DNA from: Bugula neritina
Lineage: Eukaryota > Animalia > Bryozoa
Reading direction: 5' to 3'
Length of the DNA: 64,000 bases
Assembly: GCA_964035545.1 (NCBI GenBank)
Contig: OZ037767.1
Location: 31,574,628-31,638,627 of the forward strand
Of this stretch, positions 28,139 through 44,400 are shown in pieces. Under the pieces are notes generated by a model that saw only the letters and a program-made list of their open reading frames with translations, was not told where the DNA came from and made no database searches. Every line of letters starts with the position of its first letter. The stretch's first letter is position 1. A program made the position numbers and the translations under genes.

Positions 28139-29887
28139 CTCTTCCCTCTGATTGGAGAGAGACAAATTATATTTTTTCACTTTGATCACAGAAAGACAAA
28201 CTTTAACTGCAGGCAGTAGCAGTATTGTCACAGTACAACATCCAGGTTACTCAAAGACTGCCTTGTAGGCTGGCCCTAAAAAGATGAGAGATATGTTTCA
28301 GCATCTATCGAAACAGATGTTTTTTTTTATGAAAAGCAAACCCAGTTTATAGTTCACTCAAACATTGCAGCACCTATGTCCTTACATGTTACGATTCGTA
28401 CTTGGCTTTGAAAATATTAATCATAGGAAATTCATCAAAATCGCAATATACCCCTGCACCGAAATTGCATTAAATTTCTTATTGCATTATGAATGCTGAA
28501 ACTATAAATTCTTTAAGAAATTGATTACTGCATAGCAACAAAACAGTAATAAAATAATTATAGGAAGCATTGATAAAATATAAGAAAACAAATTATAGTG
28601 AAAGCAATGATAATGGTAATAAATTAATAAGCATAGGATTGATTAAAAGTTTATTGACATAACAAAGCAATAATGTTGCTAATAGAAAATATATTTTGTG
28701 CTATTGGTTTACCACAATGATGTGTTGATGATGTAATTACGGCAATATTGCATCATTCTTGTTGATAATTACAGATATATATAAAGGCAACACAAAAGTA
28801 AGGAAACACAATCTAATAGACACTTTGGGCAAAACATTTGTTAAATATATTATTGTCAGTTGGACTTTCAAAGCACTGATTGGAGTATATAAAATCAATG
28901 TAAGTATATCATGGATTATGCAGAAAGCATTCATATTCCCTGCTTCATTAATTGGTAAAGGTGAATAAGTTAGTAACTAGTTCTGTAGTTTTTAAATAAC
29001 TGAGAGTTTAAATTACTAGCTGCATGTATTAAAATATGGTTGAGAGGTATCTTTTTAAACTGTTCTTGCTAGTGTGCAATCATTCAGGTTATCCCTGCCA
29101 CATTAAATAATACTACAAAAACATGTCACTAGCATTGCAATAAATTTTCCTTTATACAGCAAAATTAGTTTGCACAAGCTCTTAGAAGCAGAAGCTACAG
29201 GAAACTTCCAAATACAGCTATACGAATACAAATTACTTTCAACTAAATTTTATCAAGGCTAGGCAATTTTTATTTAGACTTCCACACCAGCATAAAAGTA
29301 TAACTAGACTTATAGGCTATGATCATAAGCAAAACAAATATACTTATAATAAGTTTTGCTAGAGAGAACGAACTTTAATTTAAATTATATTAACAATTAC
29401 TATTAGTATTACTATGCGCTATTCACACCGACTATGCATAAGGCTTTTCAGTAGTTTACTAGATTTAGAGGATACATTTAGGTAGAGTAGAGCTGAGTTA
29501 CAGTAAAAATCACAACATTCCGAGTTCAAGTTCAGTCAATTAAATTTAAAATTATTCTAATGACATGGACCAAATCGAGTCAATTTTAAAATGAATGACA
29601 TGCAGGCCCATACAAGTTTGCAATTCACAAATATGTATATATTTATATTAATAATAATATGATAATTTAATATATTTACATAATCATAACGATCCCGCTA
29701 CCCGAACAGGACAAAGCAGAGATAGGTGAGAAAACATAATCATAATGATAATATTAATAATCATAATTTTATAATCAAAAGCTCAAATGTTCAACCCTTT
29801 ATTAATTAATCATAGTCATACTCATAGTGATGATATATTTAAAATCAACCATAATGATAATCATTGTCACTATCATTATCATTATGA

Positions 29888-30225
29888 TTAGTATTAGTAT
29901 TACTATTAGTATTACTATTAGTGTTTCAGTATTACTATTACTAATACTGTATTACTATTACTAATACTGTATTACTATTACTAACACTGTATTACTATTA
30001 CTATTAGTATTAGTATTACTATTACTATTAGTATTACTATTAGTATTAGTATTACTATTAGTATTAGTATTAGTAATAGTAATACTAATAGTAATACTAA
30101 TAGGATTACTATTACTATTAGTATTAGTATTACTATTAGTAAATACATTCTAATGCTAATACTAATAGTAATACTAATAGGATTACTATTACTATTACTA
30201 TTACTATTACTATTAGTATTAGCAT
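29888..30225. repeat. TATTAC/TATTAG low-complexity repeat with short inverted blocks
   Basis: Direct observation. Confidence 0.85.
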
Positions 30226-31574
30226 TAGAATATATTTGAAGTATTGGTCTACCTACTTTAACATAGTAAGTTGGCTAAATTTAGAGAATGAAAATAAAAT
30301 TAAACAAATACGGCAATGAGATAGAAATCATTAGGCTAGTCTTCAAAGTTCGATGGCACTAAAACCCAACACTATCACATGCCTGTGGCTGTTACTGATA
30401 CTGATTTATAATTTAATTTCGCAGTGGAAGGCGATCAGATTTGTCACGTGAGGTTATTTTCTTTTATTGCAAGAGAAAAGATTTACAAACACGGGACGGT
30501 TTACACTTGCATCAAACCTAAACAAAGATAAACCTAATCATGAATCCGAGGCTATGCTTGTAGACTATTGAACTGTTTATCCACTGAACTTATCCGTGGG
30601 TTTCTCCCCGAGTAGCATATATAAAAAGCTAACATTCTATAAATTTGCCAGATGGCAGCTAAGTTCTTGAGCTGCTCCAGACCTAGAACTATTAGTTAAC
30701 GCAGAGTAAATGGGTTTCAGCATGCATGTGCTATAACTCGGTTGATTTTTTGTAATTAATTGAGTCTAATAGTGTTTGGCATCAAGTCTAACCTTCACTT
30801 TGTCATCTGACAACGTGAAATTCATTTACGTTGATTTGCGTGCTTGTGCTTCTCGCTAAGCTCTGTAAAATTTAAATAGCTTGAATTTTATAGACTTTTC
30901 TGAAGCATAAAATTGGGTTTTTGATAATAAAAATAGAAAAGATACATATTTAGTGTTTATATCAATATTTATATTGAGTTTAATATTGGTACTCATACTT
31001 GACTAAAAAAGAGGTAAGTAACCTAATGGTTGATGATTACACTTACACTTACAGTGATACTCATACTCATACTGATTACAATTTTACAAATTTACTTTGG
31101 ATTTAATTTTAGTAAATTTAGTACCAATATTTATATTAATAAATATAACTCAAACTGATGACTTGAAGCTGGGTTTCAATTTTTTCAAAAATCATTTTTC
31201 AAAATGATTATACTGCTATTACAGTACTGGTAATACTAATAGTAGTACCTGCACCAATATCAATCCGCACCGCCATCTGTGGAAGCTGCAAATGTTGCGA
31301 ACTTATTGAGTATTAAACACGCACACCAACAGACGCAATAGAAGTAGTAACCATTTTGAATTAGGGACTCAGTTTAGGCTTAGCATATAAATGCATATCT
31401 CAAGTGACATTTTACTTTAAAACTAAGGACTATAGTTTAAGTTACACCTAGTCGTACAAGTCTGAATGACTCGAGTTGATTTCTAGTGTAGGTTATGGCC
31501 GACTAGTGCACCAACTTTTAGTTCAAATTAAGTTTTTAAGTGTTTATTAATGATTTTATTTCTCGTTTTTAGTA

Positions 31575-34500
31575 ATGCCACAAAGAAATTTTGATGCTAT
31601 TGATGGGGAGGACAGGTTGGCTATTGCAGACTACGTTCCCGGCTATGACTGGATTCCTGGAAGGTTTGGGCCACCTCCTGGAATACCAAAGGCTAGAAAA
31701 GATGAGTTTGGTAAGCAGCATACAAGCTACTATTTTCACAGAGCTATAGAATACAAATACTATGAAGATATGCATATTAAGTAATGTTGTGAAAGTTTAG
31801 TTAGGGTTATGAATGTAATTTCTCAAAGATGTATGTTATACTTATATAGATGCAATGAATGACAGAGAATACCTGTATGCGTTCCTCAAACTGTCACAAG
31901 AAGAGAAAGAGTCTCTCATGGTGTCTGAAGCAGAGAGAAGGAGGACATTCACAGCTCATTGGCCAATAGAGACAATAGTAAAAGCTAATGACTGTGCCAA
32001 GGAAGGGTTTTACTACACTGGTGTTGCTGACAGAGTGCAGTGTGCGTTCTGTGGGGGCATTGTGAGGAACTGGGAGAGAGGGGATGTACCTAAACTTCAG
32101 CATAAGAACTTTTTCAACTACTGCAGAATGGTTCAGAGTGAGTGCCGCATGAAACTCTTGTGTTTAAAGTATTTCCAAGTCACTTGGAGTATTGATGTGT
32201 TTACTGTTTGTAACTAATTTATTATTTGATATATTGTAGACAAACCCTGTCAGAATATTCCTCTCAATGAGTGTGGACTGCCTAAAGAGTTGATGACAAA
32301 CCAACTGAGTAGTAACTTTCGCACAGACTCTAGTGAGTACATTATTCTAATAATAGAAATCTTACAAACTTTGAGTATATTAAGGTAGAGAGTTGACTTA
32401 GTGTTATATTATGTATTAATGTATGTAAACTGTGCGATTGTAGAGCCAGCAACACTGGGAGATCTCAATATCAATACAGTCAGGCCCAAGGATCCAACGC
32501 TCTCTGTATTCACTAAGAGGAAAGAAACATACAAAAGATATTCTGATAGTAACCCAGTCCCTGCGGACAAACTGTGTGAAGCTGGTTTCTTCTACGAAGG
32601 TATTGGAGATAAGGTGAAGTGTTTCTGGTGTGATGGAGCTCTGGAAATGTGGAGTAAAGGGGATGAGCCGTGGATGGAGCATGCCAAATGGTACCCAGGA
32701 TGTACTTACGTTCAACAAACTAAAGGATTGGATTTTATTAGAAAAGCCAGAGCTACCATGACTCCTGATAATGTACACACTGCTGATACCCTGACTTATA
32801 ACAAGGGAGATGTTTCTTTTCTTGGTGAGTCTTATTAACCTTATTAACCTTCTGTACACAATGACATATTTGCTTACCAGGTGACTGCTATAATTGTATT
32901 GTATTGGTTTGAAATGGAAGCTTCCATCACTTTAGTGTGAAGTTCATTCTATATTAGGTGGAACACCCAGTGTTTAGATAATGCATTGGAAACCTCCACA
33001 TTGTAATACCAGCTGCTATAATATAATCTTATTGCGCATTAACTTTTTTGTTGCATAAGTGTTGATGCGTAAACTGCGTGTTGGACTTGCCAGGCAGTCA
33101 CTGGGATTTTCCCCAAAATTTTTGTATTACGAATAACCAGTCCCGTAAAAGTTGATATATTGCGCACGAAACAAACACAGGCCTAGAGGTGGCCAGCCGC
33201 ACGTATTCACGCAGTGTATGCCTAGCGTGTTCATGATAGATGTATATTAATTAGTAATCTTCTCAGCTCTAAGTATGACCTACTTTTCGTATCGTAGCAA
33301 CTAGTTAATGAATGCTGGCAGTTATTGATTGCTTTTATCCCCTGGCACTGAGGCGATTGACATTAAGTAGGTTGCGGCTACTTCAATAACTGCTGAGCCT
33401 CTTGAAAATCAATGCCTGCAACTAGCATTTAGCCTCACTAAGCGTACCCCCAGACTGCCTTGAATTAAAGATAAAATAAAGTTTAAAGCAATATTTTCAA
33501 ATCTAATATCAAGTAAAGGATTTCTAACCCTTTCGGCTAAAACTACAACTCTTGATATTATTGATACAGCCAACACCCTTCTCAGTACATGTAGTGTAAA
33601 TAACTCTCAGTACGTGTAGTGTAAATAACTCCCTGCCTGTATTTAACAGACGTGAAGATATCTGAGCCGGAACCTGAACTTCCTGTTGAAACTAAAGATG
33701 GCTACAAGTTCTGTCTCTCCCTCGGATACAGACATGAAGACATTAAAGAAGTATACGAAGCCAACAACAGTGAGTATCTGTGCACCATTGAGGGAGATCA
33801 TAACATTGTCTGTAACTCTCTACACCATTGAGTGAGATCATAGCGTTGTCTGTAACTCTCTACACCATTGAGTGACATCATAACATTGTCTGTAACTCTC
33901 TACACCATTGAGGGAGATCATAACATTGTCTGTAACTCTCTACACCATTGAGGGGATCATATTGTTGTCTGTAACTCAGAGTTTGGAGTTGTCATTACTG
34001 ATGTCTGTCTGTGTGTTTCAGATGAGGAGTTTGACATCGAGGACCAGGCACGGCTAGTCGGTATAGTCCAAGAACTATGCGAAGGCAACAGAGAGTCACT
34101 TGGTAAGTTCAAAGGTCACCATACAGCAATATTCAAATTAGAGTGTTTACATGATGAGTCATAAAATAGTCAGCCTTATGAGTCATGATATAACAATGCT
34201 GACTTTTTCAGAGAAATTTAAAGAAGAACGGTCAACACAGCAGAAACGTGAAACAAAGTCAGATGGTGTTGAACAGATGGACACCTCCACTCTTCCCAGC
34301 AGGTGAGAATCTATTTATACACTCAAATCTGAGAATATATTTATATAAATTCTATTTATTGTCAATGGGAAGTTGCTGCCTCTACACGTTCATATAATTT
34401 AAATGATTCTTTAGGCGGATAAATCTACCAGAGTTGATAACAAACCCCAACGAACCCTCAGACAAAGAGTGTAAGGATATCCTTGAAGCCATGAAGTGTA

Positions 34501-34771
34501 AAAAGTGTAAAACTAGATTGGTAAGTTGAATCAGTGATGTAATATTTCACAAATTTTACAAAACTTACACAATGCTTATGTTGCAAGCCCAATTGTCCCC
34601 ATCATTGTTTATGTTGCTATAGTTTGTTGTTGTTTGTTGTAGGCTGGAGCAGTTGTCCTCCCCTGTGGATGTTTCTGTTTGTGTCAAGAATGCAGCCGAG
34701 GAAACCTTCCTACAAAATGTCCGGCATGCTCCAATGTTGTGAAGGGGGCGTGTCGGACATTTCTCTCTTAA
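31575..34771 (+). CDS. Inhibitor of apoptosis protein, copy 2. Exons 31575-31710, 31850-32137, 32240-32332, 32444-32824, 33650-33769, 34022-34102, 34212-34302, 34415-34520, 34643-34771
   Basis: Two BIR domains near-identical to copy 1; RING CKKC..LPCGC..CQEC..CPAC; C-terminus RTFLS* as in cIAP-type proteins; splice phases are compatible. Confidence 0.9.
33783..33978 (+). repeat. 40-bp intronic minisatellite in IAP2
   Basis: ACACCATTGAGKGAGATCATAACATTGTCTGTAACTCTCT x ~5. Confidence 0.85.
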
Positions 34772-35458
34772 CCTTGACATTGGTTCTTCTTGCAGGAGGT
34801 ACTCAGTCCGCCATCCCATTGAATCTCATTCTCTGCTCAATCAATACGCTAGTCATTCAACTAATAATGGTGCTTTTTCATCTGAATTTGTACATACTGT
34901 GCCTTTCGATAAATTATTTTGAGCTAACCCAATATACATCAATAAATAAAAAAAAGTTAAAAGCCAGTTTAAGAAAAAATAAAGTTACTGCAGCTACCAT
35001 TAATTAGCTTTATGGTTATAGGGAAAATCTTTCTGAAAATAAGGAAAAACCAAATAAAAAGGCAAAACACAAAACAGGTTATGTTATCGTTAGCCCAGAC
35101 GTGACAGCAATAGCCGAGTTCTGTGGGGCGGTGGCTGAGTTCTGTGGGGCAGTGGCTTGGTTACCCTTGTAGTTGGCTTTGTAGAAAGTGTGGAGAACTC
35201 AACGCAATTATGAATTTGATTTGGTTTTCTTATTTTGAAAAGAAGAAATTTTATTTCAGGTTTGGCAATCTTTATCTGGTATAACTAGCTATAATTTATT
35301 GGTTATTTTTTTTCAGTGTTATTGAGCACATTTATTTAAGATAAATATATAACTAATGATAACCTCATGGTATTTTATGGATCAATATTCAATAAAACAT
35401 TATTCAATACATCATTTACTTGTCTATTACTTCATGTCCCTCCATCTAATCATACAAA

Positions 35459-38400
35459 TCAAATAGTTCTAGCTGGTGGAGGAGTTAATACTTGGCTAGT
35501 GTTGTTTGGCTTTTCAATGGTCACATGACCACTATTCTCCATGGCGCGCATATCGGTATACTTGAGGTGCTTTCTCATTTCATCAAACCTTTTCTGTCCT
35601 TCCTGGAACAGAGCTTCTTCTTCAGCTGTACTCAGCTACATAAGAATAGCTCTCTGGTGAACAATACATGTATTAGTAGTACATAAGAACTAAGCATCTT
35701 CTATTCAGCTGTACTCAGCTACATAAGAATAGCTCTCTGGTGAACAATACATGTATTAGTACATAAGAACTAAGCATCTTCTATTCAGCTGTACTCAACT
35801 ACATAAGAATAGCTCTCTGGTGAACAATACATGTATTAGTAGTACATAAGAATAGCTCTCTGGTGAACAATACATGTATTAGTAGTACATAAGAACTAAG
35901 CATCTTCTATTTAGCTGTACTCAGCTACATAAGAATAGCTCTCTGGTGAACAATACATGTATTAGTAGTACATAAGAATAGCTCTCTGGTGAACAATACA
36001 TGTATTAGTAGTACATAAGAACTAAGCATCTTCTATTTAGCTGTACTCAGCTACATAAGAATAGCTCTCTGGTGAACAATACATGTATTAGTAGTACATA
36101 AGAATAGCTCTCTGGTGAACAATACATGTATTAGTAGTACATAAGAACTAAGCATCTTCTATTTAGCTGTACTCAGCTACATAAGAATAGCTCTCTGGTG
36201 AACAATACATGTATTAGTAGTACATAAGAATAGCTCTCTGGTGAACAATACATGTATTCCAGATGTAACTATGCATTTAGACCCTATATTATTTGCCGAC
36301 GATACGAACCTCTTCTTTGAATCAAAAAATCTATTAAACAATATGGACGTCATAAACTGTGAATTAAAGAAAATTGAAAATTGGTGCAATAAAAATAAAT
36401 TAACTGTAAATATGAGTAAAACAAACTATATGATAATCAAAACAGCGCAAAATAAACAAGATTTAAATGGCTTTGCCTTAGAAATGTTTAACAAAAAATT
36501 AGTGGAAGTAAAATCAACTACCTTCTTAGGTATTATAATAGATTCACATCTTTCTTGGCAACAACATTGCAGCAAACTTTGTCAAAACCTAAGGCCCTTA
36601 GTAGGCTTGATAAGTAAATGTTCCAATCACCTACCTAGAAAAATTCTAATACAAATATATAACTCTTTTGTAAATTCTAAATTAACATATTGCCTAGAAT
36701 CGTGGGGTAATGCAGCAAACATTTATCTTGAACCACTACATTTACTGCAAAAGAAAATACTGAGAATTATATATAAAAAGCATCACCTTTCCCCATCTAA
36801 ACCACTGTTTCTTAGTTCTTCAATCATGCCTATTCACACTCTACACAAATTCAAATTAATACTGCTCTCACATAAACTTTACTATTCTCAACTAACACAT
36901 CTCACACATAACTATCCCACAAGATTTTCAGAGTTCAGCCTACAAACTCCTCCATCATCAACTGCTGCAGGTCAACGAAGAGTGGAATTCCAATGTTCGT
37001 CGCTATGGAATAAATTGCCTAGTTCTATTCGTGCTGTGGAGAGGGAGGCTGGTTTCAAACTTGCCCTGAGAGACCATCTAATGGCAAATTTCCAGATAAA
37101 AAAATAATACTTTTTTAAGTTGCTAAAACTTCCAAAAACCTAAACAAAAATCTTATATAACTGTCAACCATTCATGGCTCGGTGCCCCGACTAGCTACAG
37201 TGCTATTGCGCCATAGGCCCTGTCATTTTGTTTATTTTTTTCTCAATTAATTTTTTCCCGACTATGACAAAATAAAAAAACAAACAAACAAACAAACATA
37301 AGAACTAAGCATCTTCTATTCAGCTGTACTCAGCTACATAAGAATAGCTCTCTGGTGAACAATACATGTATTAGTAGTACATAAGAACTAAGCATCTTCT
37401 ATTCAGCTGTACTCAGCTACATAAGAATAGCTCTCTGGTGAACAATACATGTATTAGTACATAAACCATAGTATAAAATGTGAGCAGTGAGCTCATAACT
37501 CCATGATAAATTATGTGGTCATAGACAATTGACTTCCACTATAAACTGTAACTCTGGTGCTACAGGCAGACAATGGCAAGTTATCTAATAGGAGAACTAG
37601 CTCATATTTATTCAGAACTGATATATGGAGTAGTTTAATGTGGTAACAAACCCTTAGGGCTTAGCTTGTCATTTAAATATATCTTGAATGACTTTTTCTG
37701 CATATCACTATATTATTTCTTATATTCAGGCCCTAAGCTAACACATTACACATGTGCACAAATACATGCACAATATTCTTTGTCCAACAATTATGATCAC
37801 ATAAATTATTTTATCTTAAATATGATAGCAACTATATAAAGTAGGTGTGGTTTATAAGTAGGTGTGGTTTATAAGAATTGTGACAAACATGTCTAAGTAT
37901 AAAAATACCGATTCATTAATTTGAAAATTGTTTGCGAAGTTGAAATTGTCTTCTTCCTATTCCTTAAGAAGCCCTTATTAATATAAACCTATATATGGGA
38001 GTATTATACTTATATTATAGTATTATACCTATATGGGAGTATTACACTTATATTATAGTATTATACTTATATGGGAGTATTATACTTATATTATAGTATT
38101 ATACTTATATGGGAGTATTATACTTATATTATAGTATTATACTTATATTATAGTATTATACTTATATTATAGTATTATACTTATATGGGAGTATTATACT
38201 TATATTATAGTATTATACTTATATGGGAGTATTATACTTATATTATAGTATTATACTTATATGGGAGTATTATACTTATGTTATAGTATTATACTTATAT
38301 GGGAGTATTATACTTATATTATAGTATTATACTTATATGGGAGTATTATACTTATGTTATAGTATTATACTTATATGGGAGTATTATACTTATATTATAG

Positions 38401-41400
38401 TATTATACTTATATGGGAGTATTACACTTATATTATAGTATTATACTTATATGGGAGTATTATACTTATGTTATAGTATTATACTTATATGGGAGTATTA
38501 CACTTATATTATAGTATTATACTTATATGGGAGTATTATACTTATGTTATAGTATTATACTTATGTTATAGTATTATACTTATATTATAGTATTATACTT
38601 ATATGGGAGTATTATACTTATATTATAGTATTATACTTATATGGGAGTATTACACTTATATTATAGTATTATACTTATATTATAGTATTATACTTATATG
38701 GGAGTATTATACTTATATTATAGTATTATACTTATATGGGAGTATTACACTTATATTATAGTATTATACTTATATGGGAGTATTATACTTATATTATAGT
38801 ATTATACTTATATGGGAGTATTATACTTATGTTATAGTATTATACTTATATTATAGTATTATACTTATATGGGAGTATTATACTTATATTATAGTATTAT
38901 ACTTATATGGGAGTATTACACTTATATTATAGTATTATACTTATATGGGAGTATTATACTTATATTATAGTATTATACTTATATTATAGTATTATACTTA
39001 TATTATAGTATTATACTTATATGGGAGTATTACACTTATGTTATAGTATTATACTTATATTATAGTATTATACTTATATTATAGTATTATACTTATATGG
39101 GAGTATTATACTTATATTATAGTATTATACTTATATGGGAGTATTACACTTATGTTATAGTATTATACTTATATTATAGTATTATACTTATATTATAGTA
39201 TTATACTTATAGGGGAGTATTATACTTATATTATAGTATTATACTTATATTATAGTATTATACTTATGTTATAGTATTATACTTATATGGGAGTATTACA
39301 CTTATATTATAGTATTATACTGATATGGGAGTATTATACTTATATTATAGTATTATACTTATATGGGAGTATTACACTTATGTTATAGTATTATACTTAT
39401 ATTATAGTATTATACTTATATTATAGTATTATACTTATATGGGAGTATTATACTTATATTATAGTATTATACTTATATGGGAGTATTATACTTATATTAT
39501 AGTATTATACTTATATGGGAGTATTACACTTATGTTATAGTATTATACTTATATTATAGTATTATACTTATATTATAGTATTATACTTATATGGGAGTAT
39601 TATACTTATATTATAGTATTATACTTATATGGGAGTATTATACTTATATTATAGTATTATACTTATATGGGAGTATTATACTTATATTATAGTATTATAC
39701 TTATATGGGAGTATTATACTTATATTATAGTATTATACTTATATGGGAGTATTATACTTATATTATAGTATTATACTTATATGGGAGTATTATACTTATA
39801 TTATAGTATTATACTTATATGGGAGTATTACACTTATATTATAGTATTATACTTATATGGGAGTATTATACTTATATTATAGTATTATACTTATATGGGA
39901 GTATTACACTTATGTTATAGTATTATACTTATATTATAGTATTATACTTATATTATAGTATTATACTTATATGGGAGTATTATACTTATATTATAGTATT
40001 ATACTTATATGGGAGTATTATACTTATATTATAGTATTATACTTATATGGGAGTATTATACTTATATTATAGTATTATACTTATATGGGAGTATTACACT
40101 TATGTTATAGTATTATACTTATATTATAGTATTATACTTATATTATAGTATTATACTTATATTATAGTATTATACTTATATGGGAGTATTATACTTATAT
40201 TATAGTATTATACTTATATGGGAGTATTACACTTATATTATAGTATTATACTTATATGGGAGTATTATACTTATATTATAGTATTATACCTATATGGGAG
40301 TATTATACTTATATTATAGTATTATACTTATATGGGAGTATTACACTTATATTATAGTATTATACTTATATGGGAGTATTATACTTATATTATAGTATTA
40401 TACTTATATTATAGTATTATACTTATATTATAGTATTATACTTATATGGGAGTATTATACTTATATTATAGTATTATACTTATATGGGAGTATTACACTT
40501 ATGTTATAGTATTATACTTATATTATAGTATTATACTTATATTATAGTATTATACTTATATGGGAGTATTATACTTATATTATAGTATTATACTTATATG
40601 GGAGTATTACACTTATGTTATAGTATTATACTTATATTATAGTATTATACTTATATTATAGTATTATACTTATATGGGAGTATTATACTTATATTATAGT
40701 ATTATACTTATATGGGAGTATTATACTTATATTATAGTATTATACTTATATGGGAGTATTATACTTATATTATAGTATTATACTTATATGGGAGTATTAT
40801 ACTTATATTATAGTATTATACTTATATGGGAGTATTATACTTATATTATAGTATTATACTTATATGGGAGTATTACACTTATGTTATAGTATTATACTTA
40901 TATTATAGTATTATACTTATATTATAGTATTATACTTATATGGGAGTATTACACTTATATTATAGTATTATACTTATATGGGAGTATTACACTTATATTA
41001 TAGTATTATACTTATATGGGAGTATTATACTTATATTATAGTATTATACTTATATGGGAGTATTACACTTATATTATAGTATTATACTTATATGGGAGTA
41101 TTATACTTATATTATAGTATTATACTTATATGGGAGTATTACACTTATGTTATAGTATTATACTTATATTATAGTATTATACTTATATTATAGTATTATA
41201 CTTATATGGGAGTATTATACTTATATTATAGTATTATACTTATATGGGAGTATTACACTTATGTTATAGTATTATACTTATATTATAGTATTATACTTAT
41301 ATTATAGTATTATACTTATATGGGAGTATTATACTTATATTATAGTATTATACTTATATGGGAGTATTATACTTATATTATAGTATTATACTTATATGGG

Positions 41401-44400
41401 AGTATTATACTTATATTATAGTATTATACTTATATGGGAGTATTATACTTATGTTATAGTATTATACTTATATGGGAGTATTACACTTATATTATAGTAT
41501 TATACTTATATGGGAGTATTACACTTATATTATAGTATTATACTTATATGGGAGTATTATACTTATATTATAGTATTATACTTATATGGGAGTATTATAC
41601 TTATGTTATAGTATTATACTTATATTATAGTATTATACTTATATGGGAGTATTATACTTATATTATAGTATTATACTTATATGGGAGTATTATACTTATA
41701 TTATAGTATTATACTTATATGGGAGTATTATACTTATATTATAGTATTATACTTATATGGGAGTATTATACTTATGTTATAGTATTATACTTATATGGGA
41801 GTATTACACTTATATTATAGTATTATACTTATATGGGAGTATTACACTTATATTATAGTATTATACTTATATGGGAGTATTATACTTATATTATAGTATT
41901 ATACTTATATGGGAGTATTATACTTATGTTATAGTATTATACTTATATTATAGTATTATACTTATATGGGAGTATTATACTTATATTATAGTATTATACT
42001 TATATGGGAGTATTACACTTATATTATAGTATTATACTTATATGGGAGTATTATACTTATATTATAGTATTATACTTATATTATAGTATTATACTTATAT
42101 TATAGTATTATACTTATATGGGAGTATTACACTTATGTTATAGTATTATACTTATATTATAGTATTATACTTATATTATAGTATTATACTTATATGGGAG
42201 TATTATACTTATATTATAGTATTATACTTATATGGGAGTATTACACTTATGTTATAGTATTATACTTATATTATAGTATTATACTTATATTATAGTATTA
42301 TACTTATATGGGAGTATTATACTTATATTATAGTATTATACTTATATTATAGTATTATACTTATGTTATAGTATTATACTTATATGGGAGTATTACACTT
42401 ATATTATAGTATTATACTTATATGGGAGTATTATACTTATATTATAGTATTATACTTATATGGGAGTATTACACTTATGTTATAGTATTATACTTATATT
42501 ATAGTATTATACTTATATTATAGTATTATACTTATATGGGAGTATTATACTTATATTATAGTATTATACTTATATGGGAGTATTACACTTATGTTATAGT
42601 ATTATACTTATATTATAGTATTATACTTATATTATAGTATTATACTTATATGGGAGTATTATACTTATATTATAGTATTATACTTATATGGGAGTATTAT
42701 ACTTATATTATAGTATTATACTTATATGGGAGTATTATACTTATATTATAGTATTATACTTATATGGGAGTATTATACTTATATTATAGTATTATACTTA
42801 TATGGGAGTATTATACTTATATTATAGTATTATACTTATATGGGAGTATTATACTTATATTATAGTATTATACTTATATGGGAGTATTACACTTATATTA
42901 TAGTATTATACTTATATGGGAGTATTATACTTATATTATAGTATTATACTTATATGGGAGTATTACACTTATGTTATAGTATTATACTTATATTATAGTA
43001 TTATACTTATATTATAGTATTATACTTATATGGGAGTATTATACTTATATTATAGTATTATACTTATATGGGAGTATTATACTTATATTATAGTATTATA
43101 CTTATATTATAGTATTATACTTATATTATAGTATTACACTTATATTATAGTATTATACTTATATTATAGTATTATACTTATATGGGAGTATTATACTTAT
43201 ATTATAGTATTATACTTATATGGGAGTATTACACTTATATTATAGTATTATACTTATATGGGAGTATTATACTTATATTATAGTATTATACTTATATGGG
43301 AGTATTATACTTATGTTATAGTATTAGACTTATATTATAGTATTATACTTATATTATAGTATTATACTTATATTATAGTATTATACTTATATTATAGTAT
43401 TATACTTATATTATAGTATTATACTTATATGGGAGTATTATACTTATATTATAGTATTATACTTATATGGGAGTATTACACTTATTTTATAGTATTATAC
43501 TTATATTATAGTATTATACTTATATTATAGTATTATACTTATATTATAGTATTATACTTATATGGGAGTATTACACTTATATTATAGTATTATACTTATA
43601 TGGGAGTATTACACTTATATTATAGTATTATACTTATATGGGAGTATTATACTTATATTATAGTATTATACCTATATGGGAGTATTATACTTACATTATA
43701 GTATTATACTTATATGGGAGTATTACACTTATATTATAGTATTATACTTATATGGGAGTATTATACTTATATTATAGTATTATACTTATATTATAGTATT
43801 ATACTTATATTATAGTATTATACTTATATGGGAGTATTATACTTATATTATAGTATTATACTTATATGGGAGTATTACACTTATGTTATAGTATTATACT
43901 TATATTATAGTATTATACTTATATTATAGTATTATACTTATATGGGAGTATTATACTTATATTATAGTATTATACTTATATGGGAGTATTACACTTATGT
44001 TATAGTATTATACTTATATTATAGTATTATACTTATATTATAGTATTATACTTATATGGGAGTATTATACTTATATTATAGTATTATACTTATATGGGAG
44101 TATTATACTTATATTATAGTGTTATACTTATATGGGAGTATTATACTTATATTATAGTATTATACTTATATGGGAGTATTATACTTATATTATAGTATTA
44201 TACTTATATGGGAGTATTATACTTATATTATAGTATTATACTTATATGGGAGTATTACACTTATGTTATAGTATTATACTAATATTATAGTATTATACTT
44301 ATATTATAGTATTATACTTATATGGGAGTATTACACTTATATTATAGTATTATACTTATATGGGAGTATTACACTTATATTATAGTATTATACTTATATG

